54,652 nucleotides of DNA, taken from NCBI GenBank assembly GCA_034420195.1, contig DAOULO010000050.1, positions 1-54,652 of the forward strand, written 5' to 3'. This document shows positions 1 to 8,828 of this stretch, in pieces. A model generated the notes under the pieces. It was not told the DNA's origin, did not search any database, and worked only from the letters and a program-made list of their open reading frames with translations. This DNA is from Dehalococcoidales bacterium (GTDB lineage Bacteria; Chloroflexota; Dehalococcoidia; Dehalococcoidales; RBG-16-60-22). The translations under genes and the position numbers were made by a program. Within the stretch, counting starts at the first letter, position 1; each line of letters opens with the position of its first letter.

Positions 1-1
1 C

Positions 2-148
2 GCCTTCTTCAACAACCACTTGCAGGCCTACGCCCCCCGCAACGCCAACGACCTGAAAAGGGCCCTGCAGCTGCCGTTGCACGAGATACCGCGGCATTTG
101 AATATCGCCGAAGACGAGCATCTCCAAGCCGGCAAAGGAGCGGCCTGA
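2..148 (+). CDS. 3' end of an unidentified CDS (5' truncated by the window edge)
   Basis: The frame is open from the window edge to TGA at 146-148. Third-codon positions are strongly G/C, like neighbouring genes. I recognise no motif in the 48 aa (AFFNNHLQAYAPRNAND...). Confidence 0.3.
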   Translation, partial: AFFNNHLQAYAPRNANDLKRALQLPLHEIPRHLNIAEDEHLQAGKGAA

Positions 149-151
149 GAC

Positions 152-1903
152 GTGCTGGACGAACTGACCGTCAAGGACTTTGGCATCATCGCCGGGGTGA
201 GCTGGTGTCCCGCCGGCGGGCTCAACGTGATTACCGGCGAGACCGGCGCCGGCAAGTCGCTGGTGGTGGACGCCGTCGAGGCGCTGCTCACCGGCCAGAT
301 AACCGAGGAGGACATCCGCCACGGCGCCGACGAGGCCCGCGTGGAGGGCGTCTTCAGCATTGCGCCGGAGAAGGAAGGCGCCGCCCTTCACGCCAGGCTC
401 GCCGACAAAGGACTTGACACCGGCGAGGACAGTGTTATCGTCGCCTGCAGCTTTCGCCGCCAGGGGCGCGCTGCCCCCCGGCTCAACCACCAGGCCGTAT
501 CGCGGGCGGTACTTAGAGAAATCGGCGGGGTGCTGGTGGACATCCACGGCCAGAGCCAGCACCTCTCGCTGCTGCGCCGGGAGCAGCACCTGGAGTTTCT
601 GGACGCCTACGCCCGCACCCAGGCGGCACGCCGCCGCTTCGGCGCTATGGCCGCCGAGCTGCACCAGGTCGAGCGGCAACTCCAGGCGCTCTCCCGCGAC
701 GAGCGGGAGCTGGCCCGCCGCGAGGAGCTGCTCACCTTTCAAGTGGAGGAAATAAAGCGGGCTGAGCTGGGGGAGGGGGAGGAAGAAGCGCTACAGCAGG
801 AGATGACGCGGCTGGCCGGGGCGGAGAAGCTCAAGGCGGCCGCCTTTGAGGTCTACGGCATCATCTACGGCGACGACAGCGCCGGGGCAGCCGCCTCGGC
901 GGTGGATAGAATCAACCAGGCGCTGGCCGCGCTGGGGCCGGTGGCCGCCACCGACCCCTCGCTGCAGGCGCAGCTGACCAACCTGGAAGGAGCCCTGCAC
1001 GGCCTGGAGGAGCTGGCCCGCGAGGTGCGCGCCTACGGCGAAGACCTGAGCGACGACCCCCAGCGCCTGGAAGAAGTCCAGGGGCGGCTGGAGCTCATCC
1101 GCACCCTGAAAAGGAAATACGGCGGCAGTATCGCCGGGGTGCTGGAATACCTGGAGAAGGCCGAAGGCGAGCTATCCGGGTTGACCTCGTCCGAAGCGCG
1201 CCGCGCCGAGCTCGAAGAAAAGCGGGCGGCGCTGCGGGACGAGATGGGCAAACTCGCCGCGGAGCTATCGGCGCGCCGCACTGAGGCCGGGGAGAAACTG
1301 GCCGCCGCCGTGAAGCAGGAGTTGGCCGACCTGGCCATGGCGGGGGTGGCGTTCGCCGTGGCGGTGACGCAGCAGCCGGACCCGGCGGGGATACCCCTGC
1401 CCGATGGCGAAAACTATCATTACACCGCCAGCGGCAGCGACGAGGTGGTCTTTATGGCGGCCACCAATCCCGGCGAGCCCCCCAAGCCGCTGGACAAAAT
1501 CGCCTCCACCGGCGAGATATCGCGTTTCCTGCTGGCCATCAAGAGCGCCCTGGCCGGGGCCGACACCGTCCCCGTCCTCATCTTCGATGAAATCGATATC
1601 GGTGTCGGCGGGCGCAGCGGCGAAATCGTCGGCCGCAAGCTCTGGAACCTCTCGCGGCACCACCAGGTAATCTGCGTGACGCACCTGCCGCAGATTGCCG
1701 CCTTCGCCGATGCCCACTTCAACGTCAGCAAGGCGGCCGCCGGGGAGCGTACCGTGAGCACCATCGCCGCCGTCACCGGCGAGGCCCGCCTCCGGGAGCT
1801 GGCCACCATGCTCGGCGGCCCGGCCCATACCACCAGTACCGCGACCGCCGCCCGGGAGCTGCTGGAGAAGGCGGCGGCCTGGAAAGACGGACGGACGGAC
1901 TAA
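152..1903 (+). CDS. recN: DNA repair protein RecN
   Basis: 583 aa with a GTG start. It has an N-terminal Walker A (ITGETGAGKSLVVDA), a long coiled-coil middle and a C-terminal LIFDEIDIGVGG / VICVTHLPQIAA signature typical of RecN. Confidence 0.93.
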   Translation: MLDELTVKDFGIIAGVSWCPAGGLNVITGETGAGKSLVVDAVEALLTGQITEEDIRHGADEARVEGVFSIAPEKEGAALHARLADKGLDTGEDSVIVACSFRRQGRAAPRLNHQAVSRAVLREIGGVLVDIHGQSQHLSLLRREQHLEFLDAYARTQAARRRFGAMAAELHQVERQLQALSRDERELARREELLTFQVEEIKRAELGEGEEEALQQEMTRLAGAEKLKAAAFEVYGIIYGDDSAGAAASAVDRINQALAALGPVAATDPSLQAQLTNLEGALHGLEELAREVRAYGEDLSDDPQRLEEVQGRLELIRTLKRKYGGSIAGVLEYLEKAEGELSGLTSSEARRAELEEKRAALRDEMGKLAAELSARRTEAGEKLAAAVKQELADLAMAGVAFAVAVTQQPDPAGIPLPDGENYHYTASGSDEVVFMAATNPGEPPKPLDKIASTGEISRFLLAIKSALAGADTVPVLIFDEIDIGVGGRSGEIVGRKLWNLSRHHQVICVTHLPQIAAFADAHFNVSKAAAGERTVSTIAAVTGEARLRELATMLGGPAHTTSTATAARELLEKAAAWKDGRTD

Positions 1904-1917
1904 CGGGTCGCCGCGGC

Positions 1918-2460
1918 TCAGGCGAACCAGCCGGGTATCGTCTGCCAGCCCCAGGCGGTGGCCAGCGTGAGGCCGATATAGAGCAGGGCCTTGCCCAGGA
2001 AGCACATCACCAGGAACTTCCATACCGGGAAGCGTAAGGTGCCGGCGATAATACCGGCCACGTCGATGGGCAGAAACGGTACCAGGGCGAACACGAAGAT
2101 AGTCGCCGAGCCCCACCGCTTCATCCAGCGCTCCGCCCGCCGGTAGAATTTGTTGTCCTTGATGAAGCCTTGACCGCCGTAGCCCATTAGGTAGCCGCTC
2201 ATCTCCCCGATGGTGCCGCCGGCGGCCCCCGTCACCCCCACCAGAACGGGGTTAAGGCTGACGCCGAGGGCAAAGAGCAGGATGATGCCGGGCACGGGCA
2301 GGATGATGGTGGCATTGGTAATCAGCCCGATGAGGAAGGCCCCCAGGTAGCCCCAGCTCTCGAACCGGGCCACCACGTCCCGGTAGACAAAGAGGGCCAC
2401 GACCATCCCGATAACCGCCACCAGCATCAGCAGGGGGACAAACTTTTTTAATTTCGTCAT
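1918..2460 (-). CDS. YqaA/DedA-type (VTT domain) membrane protein
   Basis: 180 aa with several TM helices. The pattern ...GEMSGYLMGYGG...RWG..TIFVFALVPFLPIDVAGIIAG matches the SNARE-associated/VTT family. ATG start at 2460. Confidence 0.7.
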   Translation of the reverse strand: MTKLKKFVPLLMLVAVIGMVVALFVYRDVVARFESWGYLGAFLIGLITNATIILPVPGIILLFALGVSLNPVLVGVTGAAGGTIGEMSGYLMGYGGQGFIKDNKFYRRAERWMKRWGSATIFVFALVPFLPIDVAGIIAGTLRFPVWKFLVMCFLGKALLYIGLTLATAWGWQTIPGWFA

Positions 2461-2525
2461 TATTTTTATCCGCCCTGTCGGTCACCGGGCCGCTTCGGGA
2501 CAATCCTGAAGGTATCCGGGTGAAG

Positions 2526-3308
2526 CTAGCTCCGCTCCAGCTGCGAGCCGCCGGAGATATCGGAATCGCCCAGGGTGGGATTGCCGCTGTAATCGACCCG
2601 GGAGGCCCCGCTCAGGTTGACGTCCAGCCGCCCGCTGATGTCCAGGCTGGCGTGGCTGGCCCCGCTGAGGACGATATCGGCGTCCCCGACGGGGAAGTCC
2701 GCCAGTTTGGCGCGGCTGGCCCCAGAGCCTTCCAGCCGCAGGTCGCCGCCGGAGCCTTCCAGTTCAATCCGGCTGGCGCCGGAGAGGACGATATCGGTAG
2801 CCGTGGCCGCCAGGCTCCCGGTGAGCTGGCTGGCCCCGGATAGTTCCGCGCTGAATTCGCCGGTCTCCATATCCAGGTCAAGGCGGCTGGCCCCGGTGAG
2901 CTGGACATCTAAATCCTGGCCGGAGGCAAAACCGCTGGCGTCGGCCTGCGCCGCGCCGGAGAGCTCCAGCCCCCGTAGCTCGGGCATGGTTATCGTCGCC
3001 TGACCGGAATGGCTGAAGTTGAGGAAGAAACCTTGCAGGTCTATCTCGAGGGTGTCGCCGTGCTGCGCGACATTGATGTGGTCAAAGAGGCCCTCCCGGG
3101 CCGTGATGGCCACGCTGTACGTGTCCGCCCGGGTCACCGTCAGCTCGAAGGCGTCCCCGATTTCGATGCGGGTAAAATCGCTAAAGTCGTACGACCGGGT
3201 GGTAATCGGGCCCTCTACTTCCTCGATGAGCACCCTCTCGCAGCTAACCAGTGGTATCAATAAGGCCAGCGCCAGAACGATGGCCAAAATCGCGCCTTTT
3301 CTTTTCAT
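2526..3308 (-). CDS. Lipoprotein with DUF2807/GIN-type (putative adhesin head) repeats
   Basis: I trimmed the 292-aa ORF to an internal ATG at 3308, which follows AAGGAGGA. The protein starts MKRKGAILAIVLALALLIPLVSC, with a lipobox Cys. It has iterated SGAS[RQH]x repeats (SGASRLDL, SGASQLTG, SGASRIEL, SGASRAKL, SGASHASL, SGASRVDY). Confidence 0.7.
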   Translation of the reverse strand: MKRKGAILAIVLALALLIPLVSCERVLIEEVEGPITTRSYDFSDFTRIEIGDAFELTVTRADTYSVAITAREGLFDHINVAQHGDTLEIDLQGFFLNFSHSGQATITMPELRGLELSGAAQADASGFASGQDLDVQLTGASRLDLDMETGEFSAELSGASQLTGSLAATATDIVLSGASRIELEGSGGDLRLEGSGASRAKLADFPVGDADIVLSGASHASLDISGRLDVNLSGASRVDYSGNPTLGDSDISGGSQLERS

Positions 3309-3342
3309 GATTGTCCTCCTTCGGTATTTTACACTATCATAC

Positions 3343-4275
3343 CTATTCCCGCACCAGCATGGCTTTGGCCAGCCGGCCGTGGCCGCGGCCGGTGAGCTTG
3401 ACAAGGTGCATGGTGAGGGTCAGCAGCAGAATACCGCCGATGATGCTGAACGGCATAACCCAATCCGGCGTGTAATAATAGTAAGGGGAGACGGTGAACG
3501 CCGGCAGGCCGAGCGTTAGCTCGAAGATGGGCCGGCCGATGAGCCAGACCGATAGGGCCACTAGGCTGATGGTGACACTGAAGTAGAGGATGCCCAGCGG
3601 CAGTTGCAGTATCATGTAGATGATAGAGGTCCAGGTAAGGCGTGAGGCCAGCAGCCCCTTGATTTTCTGCCACCAGCCGATATCCCGGCGCGAGAAGAGG
3701 GGTCGGCGTGGCATCCGGATACCGAGCAGCGCCTCGACGATGCGCCCCTCCACCAGGGCAATCCCCCGGACCGAAAGCAGAAACAGTACGGCGATGGGGA
3801 TGCCGATGATAAGCACCAGCAGCCCCAGGGATAGCGATAGCCCCGTAACCGCCCAGGTATAGTAGATGATGCCGGTGCCCAGGGCGAACAACAGGTAGAG
3901 CAGCGCCCCCCAGGCCCGCGGGTCGGCGTAGACGCCGAAGAAACGCAGGTAAAGGGGGCGCGTCTCGGCCGCCGTGGCCGGTGCCGGGGCAGGCTCGGCG
4001 GGCTTTTCGGGTGGCTTGCGGGCTGGCCGGGTGAAGGCGGGGGGCGTCCGCGACTCGATTTCTTTGTAGGCGGCGGCCACCTCGGCGGGCGAGCCGTATT
4101 TCTCCACAACGGCCGCCAGGGAGTCGGCTTCGGGGACGGCGGGGTCGGCGCCGTCCAGGGCCGTCCGCAGGTATTCCTCGGCGTCGGACAGGGCGTCCTG
4201 GATAGTGGCGCGGTCGCTGCCGGAGAGTTCTTTCTTCAGCTGGGACAGGTAACGCTCAATACCGTTATTCATCAT
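3343..4275 (-). CDS. PadR-associated membrane sensor-like protein (DUF1700/HAAS-like N-terminus plus multi-TM C-terminus)
   Basis: The N-terminus IERYLSQLKKELSGSDRATIQDALSDAEEYL is typical of the helical domain encoded next to PadR genes. A Pro-rich linker and 4-5 TM helices follow. The start (ATG at 4275 or 4272) overlaps the padR stop. Confidence 0.6.
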   Translation of the reverse strand: MMNNGIERYLSQLKKELSGSDRATIQDALSDAEEYLRTALDGADPAVPEADSLAAVVEKYGSPAEVAAAYKEIESRTPPAFTRPARKPPEKPAEPAPAPATAAETRPLYLRFFGVYADPRAWGALLYLLFALGTGIIYYTWAVTGLSLSLGLLVLIIGIPIAVLFLLSVRGIALVEGRIVEALLGIRMPRRPLFSRRDIGWWQKIKGLLASRLTWTSIIYMILQLPLGILYFSVTISLVALSVWLIGRPIFELTLGLPAFTVSPYYYYTPDWVMPFSIIGGILLLTLTMHLVKLTGRGHGRLAKAMLVRE

Positions 4276-4633
4276 CCCCTCCTTTGAGCACGGCATCAAC
4301 AAAATCCCTCGTCTGATGCCAGATTTCTATCCATCGGGTAAGCGTGGCGCGGCCGTAGTCGGTAATCCGGTAGTAGCGCCGGGGCGGGCCGGCGACGGAT
4401 GGCTCCACCTCGCTCGAAAGCAGCCCGGTGGCCTCCAGCGACCGCAGCACCGGGTAGAGCGCGCCCTGTTTCATGATGTCCACCTCTGGCGTCTGCGCCT
4501 CGATGAGCTTGGCAATCTGGTAGCCGTACATGGGGCTTTCGGCCCTGTCCAAGACCCGCAGCAGCACCAGCGAGGCCGTGCCACCGTTAAGCTCCCTCTG
4601 GAATTTTTTAATGGCTTCGTTTATTTCGTCCAC
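4265..4633 (-). CDS. PadR family transcriptional regulator
   Basis: 122 aa with a GTG start. It has the winged-helix core ...LVLLRVLDRAESPMYGYQIAKLIE...GALYPVLRSLEATGLL..RRYYRIT. Confidence 0.88.
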   Translation of the reverse strand: MDEINEAIKKFQRELNGGTASLVLLRVLDRAESPMYGYQIAKLIEAQTPEVDIMKQGALYPVLRSLEATGLLSSEVEPSVAGPPRRYYRITDYGRATLTRWIEIWHQTRDFVDAVLKGGDDE

Positions 4634-4862
4634 GGTAGCGCACCCCCCACCGTTTATTGACCTGTCTATTATTAGGTTAATACTAGTAACAAATTAATAA
4701 TAATGGTAACCATGTAATAAGTCAAATCAAGCGAGGGAAGTTACGGGGTGTCAGAAGGCGTTTTTGGCCAGTCAGGAGCGTGAGCCAAGTGAATAAGCTA
4801 AATTAGCTCGGTAATACTGCTGAAAAAACGTATATTCAATATATATCGTCGGACGAACCCTG

Positions 4863-4973
4863 TTTTTCCACCCTGGCCCGCTTACGCTAACCTGCCCGCC
4901 GCTCCTTCTGAGCTATGGCAGGCGGGAGCTTCAGCGGGCAGGCCGCCCTCGCGGCAGCGCCGCTTACCCCTGC
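4863..4973 (+). repeat. Family-A REP/BIME-like unit (solo, with an internal insertion of about 37 nt)
   Basis: TTTTTCCACCCTGGCCCGCTTACGCT...GCTTCAGCGGGCAGGCCGCCCTCGCGGCAGCGCCGCTTACCCC aligns with the unit at 13078-13158. Its TTA provides the stop codon of the LOG gene. Confidence 0.7.
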
Positions 4974-5650
4974 AGGGCCTTCTTGCCGACGACCTTGTGC
5001 TCCTGGTACCACTGGTTGACGGCCTTGACCGCCTCGGTGGGGGAATCGAAGACGCGCAGCAGCTCAAAGTCCTCCTCGGAGATGGCGCCGCAGGCCAGCA
5101 CCGTGTCCCTCAGCCAGTCCAGGAAGCCGTCCCAGTAATCACTGGAAAAGAGGATGACGGGAAAGGGCTTAATCTTCTGCGTCTGTATCAACGTCAGCAC
5201 CTCGGTGAGCTCATCCATGGTGCCCAGACCCCCCGGCATGATGATGAAGGCGGAGGCATACTTGACCAGCATGACCTTGCGCACGAAGAAGTGGTGAAAG
5301 GTGATGGTGCGGGTGGCGTAGTCGTTGCAGACCTGCTCGTGCGGTAACTCGATATTGAGGCCGACCGATATCATCCCCGCCCGGCTGGCCCCCTTGTTGG
5401 CCGCCTCCATGACGCCGGGGCCGCCGCCGGTCATGATGTTAAAGCCATCTTTGCCCAGCCGATAGGCGATTTCCTCGGTCTGGAGGTACTTCTCATCTCC
5501 CGGCTTGATGCGGGCCGAGCCGTAGATGGTCACCGCCGGCTCAATATCGGCCAGGCTGTCGAAGCCCTCGACCAGCTCGCCGATGATGCGGAACATCCGC
5601 CACGATTCTTCCTTGGCCAGTTCGTTGATTTCGTATCCGTTTTTTGTCAT
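4964..5650 (-). CDS. LOG family protein (TIGR00730-type; cytokinin riboside 5'-monophosphate phosphoribohydrolase-like)
   Basis: Motifs GGGPGVMEAAN and PGGLGTMDELTE. I trimmed the 261-aa ORF to the ATG at 5650 (MTKNGYE...), which follows GGGAGG. Confidence 0.88.
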   Translation of the reverse strand: MTKNGYEINELAKEESWRMFRIIGELVEGFDSLADIEPAVTIYGSARIKPGDEKYLQTEEIAYRLGKDGFNIMTGGGPGVMEAANKGASRAGMISVGLNIELPHEQVCNDYATRTITFHHFFVRKVMLVKYASAFIIMPGGLGTMDELTEVLTLIQTQKIKPFPVILFSSDYWDGFLDWLRDTVLACGAISEEDFELLRVFDSPTEAVKAVNQWYQEHKVVGKKALQG

Positions 5651-5672
5651 ATTGCCTCCCCGGGGTGGCAGG

Positions 5673-7079
5673 TTATTCCAGGCGGGCTTTGGTGCCGTAC
5701 GACGGCACCGAGGCCTCGTAGCCGGTTGTCTCCTTAAGGTAGGCCGCAAAACGCTCGGCGGCGGTCTTCTCGCCGTGGGTGACGAAGATATGCCGCGGCG
5801 CGACGGCCAGCTTGGAGAGCCATCGGATGAGCCCGTTGCGGTCGGCGTGGGCCGAGAAGCCGTGTATCTGGACTATTTTGGCGCGTATCGGGTGGCGGAT
5901 GCCGTGGATGCGCACGCTTTTGGCGCCGTTGATGATATGCCGGCCCAGCGTGCCTTCGGCCTGATAGCCGACGAAGAGCACCGTGGTCTCCGGCCGCGAG
6001 ATGTACTGGGCGAGGTGGTGCTTGACGCGGCCGCCGGTGCACATCCCCGAGCCGGCGATAATCATGACGGTGCCCTTGATATCGTTGAGGGCCTTGGACT
6101 CGTCCACCGTCTCCACCATGGTCAGGCCGGGGAAATCAAAAGGGGAATGACGGGCGTGCAGCAGGGCCTGCATCTCGCGGTCAAAAAGCTCGGCGTGGCG
6201 CTTGAAGACCTCGGTAATCTTGATGGCCATGGGGCTGTCCAGGTAGACCTTCAGCGCCGGGATGCGGCCTTCGCGGAGGAGCATGCTGAGGTAGTAGAGT
6301 ATCTCCTGGGCGCGCTGCAGGGCGAAGGAGGGGACGATAATCTTGCCGCCCATCTTGAAGGCTTCGTTGACAATCTTCACCAGGTCCTCGCCGATTTCAT
6401 TGGTACCCTCGTGCTCGCGGTCGCCGTAGGTGGACTCAACGACGATGTAGTCCGGCTGGCGGAACTGCGAGGGGTCTTCCAGCATGGGGCGGTTCCAGCG
6501 GCCGATATCGCCGGAGAAGACGATGCTGCGCTTCTGGTCGCCCTGGGTGATGACGACCTTTATCATCGCCGAGCCCAGGACGTGGCCGGCGTCGTAATAG
6601 GTGGCCTCGATGCCCGGCCCGACGGGGACGGCCTCGTTGTAAGCCACCCTCTCGAAGAGGGGCAGGGTGGCCTCGGCGTCCTCAATGGTATAGAGGGGAA
6701 CCTCCGGGTAGGGGCCCTGGCGTCCCTCGCGCTGGTGGCGTTTTTTCTTGTAGGCGGCGTCCTCCTCCTGAATCTTGGCCGAGTCGAGCAGGATAATCTT
6801 GGTGATATCGGCGGTGGCCGGTGTGGAGATAATCCGCCCCTTGAACCCGTCGGCCACCAGCTTGGGGAGCAGCCCGCAGTGGTCCAGGTGGGCGTGGGTG
6901 AGCAGGACGGCGGTGAGCTCGCCGGGGGGCACGCGGAAGGGCTCCCAGTTACGGTGCTGGAACTTTCTCTCCTGGTAGAGGCCGCAGTCCACCAGCAGCT
7001 TGATGCCGTTGGCCTCGATGAGATAGCGCGAGCCGGTGACGCCCCGCGCCGCCCCCAGGAAAGAGAGGTTGATGTCCAA
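5673..7079 (-). CDS. MBL-fold beta-CASP family hydrolase (RNA-metabolising metallo-beta-lactamase)
   Basis: 468 aa. It has the HxHxDH motif (LLTHAHLDHCG) and a beta-CASP-like middle and C-terminus (FSGDIG.., ESTYG, GFSAHAD). TTG start follows AAGGAGG. Confidence 0.85.
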   Translation of the reverse strand: MDINLSFLGAARGVTGSRYLIEANGIKLLVDCGLYQERKFQHRNWEPFRVPPGELTAVLLTHAHLDHCGLLPKLVADGFKGRIISTPATADITKIILLDSAKIQEEDAAYKKKRHQREGRQGPYPEVPLYTIEDAEATLPLFERVAYNEAVPVGPGIEATYYDAGHVLGSAMIKVVITQGDQKRSIVFSGDIGRWNRPMLEDPSQFRQPDYIVVESTYGDREHEGTNEIGEDLVKIVNEAFKMGGKIIVPSFALQRAQEILYYLSMLLREGRIPALKVYLDSPMAIKITEVFKRHAELFDREMQALLHARHSPFDFPGLTMVETVDESKALNDIKGTVMIIAGSGMCTGGRVKHHLAQYISRPETTVLFVGYQAEGTLGRHIINGAKSVRIHGIRHPIRAKIVQIHGFSAHADRNGLIRWLSKLAVAPRHIFVTHGEKTAAERFAAYLKETTGYEASVPSYGTKARLE

Positions 7080-7149
7080 GACGTGCCTCCTTGTACTTAA
7101 TATGATAGCATTGGAGGCATCTGGATGCCAGTCTACTCTGTCTTGGGGG

Positions 7150-7187
7150 GAAATCCCTCTCTTATCTCCCTTTATTAAAGGGAGAAG
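7150..7187 (+). repeat. Family-E small hairpin repeat
   Basis: GAAATCCCTCTCTTATCTCCCTTTATTAAAGGGAGAAG is the reverse complement, with a few mismatches, of 37154-37193. It contains the hairpin TCTCCCTTT..AAAGGGAGA. Confidence 0.6.
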
Positions 7188-7269
7188 CTATTACATTCAT
7201 CTCTGTTTTAAGTTTCCCCCTTTGTAAAAGGGGGATTAAGGGGGATTTTCCCAGGGGGAGTAGCCTGCG

Positions 7270-7374
7270 AAGAGGGGCGAAGCCCCTCTTAATTAATAAA
7301 TCCCCCTCTCCAGACAAAATGACAGTGGGTAAGCTATTACTCCAGTTTGGAGAGGGGGACACAGGGGGTGAGGT
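7270..7374 (+). repeat. Family-D double-hairpin repeat (copy 1)
   Basis: Hairpin 1 is AAGAGGGGCGAAGCCCCTCTT. Hairpin 2 is TCCCCCTCTCC..N37..GGAGAGGGGGA. The tail is CACAGGGGGTGAGGT. The same order is seen at 29914-29998, and inverted at 17494-17576. Confidence 0.8.
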
Positions 7375-7405
7375 AAAAATAAACCACGGGCTAAGCCGGT
7401 GAAAA

Positions 7406-8644
7406 CTACCCCCCCAAAAACTGCAGCCCGCTGATGTAAATCCCGGTGATGATGGCGGTGGTAATCACGCCGGCCACGCACGGCCCCATGGCGAAGGGCA
7501 GTATCATCGCCCGCTTGTTCACCTGGAGGGCGCACTTCTGGGCGACCTTGGCGGTGGTGGGCACGCAGGATACAGCCGCCAGGCCCAGCAGGGGGTTAAA
7601 GGGTTTCTTGGTAATTTTGCCGAAGATTAAGCCGCCGGCGATGCCGCCCAGCCCGGAGAGCGTCAGGGCGATGACGCCCAGGGCCAGCAGCAGCAGCACC
7701 TTGGGGTTGAGGATGATGTCCACGCCGAGGAGGGCCCCCAGCGTGAAGCCCAGGAAGAGGGTCGAGCCGTAGAGGAGCGGCCCGGAGAGGAACTCCACGA
7801 AGCGGGTGATGCCCGCCTCCTTGACGGCCAGCCCCAGGAAGAAGGAGGCGAAGAGCGGCGTGGCCACCGGGAAGAGGAAGGCCAGCAGGGTAAAGGTGGC
7901 GATGCAGAAGGCGAACTTGGCCCCGGCGGGCACCTGGGGGATGGTGCGCCAGTCCATCTCCACCTTGCGCAGGCGCTTGGGGATGATGCGCGCCAGGAAG
8001 GGGAAACCGGCGTAGCAGATGCCCAGGTAGACGTAGGCCACCACCGTTATGGGCACGAAGAGGTCGGGGGCCATTCGCAGCGAGCCGTAGAGCACCATCG
8101 GCCCGTCGGCCCCGCCGACCAGGGCGATGGACGCCGCCTCGTTGGGGAGGAGGCCCATGCCCATGGCGATGGGCAGCGTGGCGATGGTGCCCAGCTCGGC
8201 GAAGACGGCCAGAAAGAGGCTCATGCCGGGGCGGGCCAGCAAAATATCAATATCCGTGATGGCGCCGATGCCCATAAAGACCAGGCAGGCGATGAGGCCG
8301 TTAGAGAACATGAAGGTGTAGACGGGCTGCAGGAAATCCACCTGGAGAAAGTACATCAGCTCGTTGAGGTTGCTGAGGGGGTTGGCGAAGAGGTTCCCGA
8401 TGGTGATGCCGGACGGGGTGGTTATGAGGCCGCTGACGTAGCTTGTCTCCAGAACCATCAGGCCGGCGTTGACGGCAATCATGCCGATGCCCAGCGGCAG
8501 CATGATGAGGGGCTCCAGGACTTTCTTATAAGAAAGATAGATAAAGAGAATCCCCAGGGCCACCAGCAACAGCCGCCCGATGACGATATCCGGCTCGGTG
8601 ATGGTGAAGGTATAGAGACCCTGGAAGAACTCTAAAAAGAACAT
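7406..8644 (-). CDS. Sodium ion-translocating decarboxylase, beta subunit (OadB/GcdB/MmdB family)
   Basis: 412 aa and polytopic. Family-typical blocks are YKKVLEPLIMLPLGIGMI, MGIGAITD, IALVGGADGP, and NPLLGLAAVSCVPTTAKVAQK...MGPCVAGVITTAI. Confidence 0.9.
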   Translation of the reverse strand: MFFLEFFQGLYTFTITEPDIVIGRLLLVALGILFIYLSYKKVLEPLIMLPLGIGMIAVNAGLMVLETSYVSGLITTPSGITIGNLFANPLSNLNELMYFLQVDFLQPVYTFMFSNGLIACLVFMGIGAITDIDILLARPGMSLFLAVFAELGTIATLPIAMGMGLLPNEAASIALVGGADGPMVLYGSLRMAPDLFVPITVVAYVYLGICYAGFPFLARIIPKRLRKVEMDWRTIPQVPAGAKFAFCIATFTLLAFLFPVATPLFASFFLGLAVKEAGITRFVEFLSGPLLYGSTLFLGFTLGALLGVDIILNPKVLLLLALGVIALTLSGLGGIAGGLIFGKITKKPFNPLLGLAAVSCVPTTAKVAQKCALQVNKRAMILPFAMGPCVAGVITTAIITGIYISGLQFLGG

Positions 8645-8657
8645 AGCTCAACCGCCT

Positions 8658-8807
8658 TCAGGTCTTGGGTGCGGCGCTATCCTCCGCGGGGGGCTTTTTC
8701 CGCTGGACGAGGCCGGCGATGACCTTGATGATGAGCGCTACCAGCACGGCGATGACGGCCGCCACGCCGTAGGCTATCAAGGCGAATACGATGGGATGAA
8801 ACTCCAT
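8658..8807 (-). CDS. Putative small membrane subunit of the decarboxylase (OadG/MmdD-like); not in the ORF track
   Basis: My own translation gives MEFHPIVFALIAYGVAAVIAVLVALIIKVIAGLVQRKKPPAEDSAAPKT (49 aa, one TM helix). It sits tightly between the biotin-carrier gene (21-nt gap) and the beta subunit (13-nt gap), as in known oad/mmd operons. It is short and has no diagnostic motif. Confidence 0.4.
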   Translation of the reverse strand: MEFHPIVFALIAYGVAAVIAVLVALIIKVIAGLVQRKKPPAEDSAAPKT

Positions 8808-8828
8808 AATCTGCCGCCAGTTATCCCC

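Noticed and set aside
4964-5749. Long N-terminal extensions of several tracked ORFs (also 2526-3404, 18378-19766, 28736-29800, 30031-31509, 32084-32791, 35684-36937, 37478-38341, 39192-39665, 49312-51612 and 52137-52322)
   Set aside because: In most cases the extension is Arg/Pro-rich, or runs into a repeat element or the upstream gene. In every case an internal ATG or GTG with a good Shine-Dalgarno gives a protein that starts at the family-typical N-terminus. I used the shorter coordinates.
5526-7100. 524-aa plus-strand ORF overlapping the MBL/beta-CASP and LOG genes
   Set aside because: It is antisense to two well-supported genes. The translation is low-complexity and rich in G/A/R/L/V, typical of shadow ORFs in high-GC DNA, and has no motifs. 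The same reasoning rejects 1265-2116(-), 14058-15443(+), 15552-16658(+), 19834-20667(+), 21377-22219(+), 22201-23280(+), 33193-33945(+), 34621-35250(+), 36257-36946(+) and 37571-38248(-).
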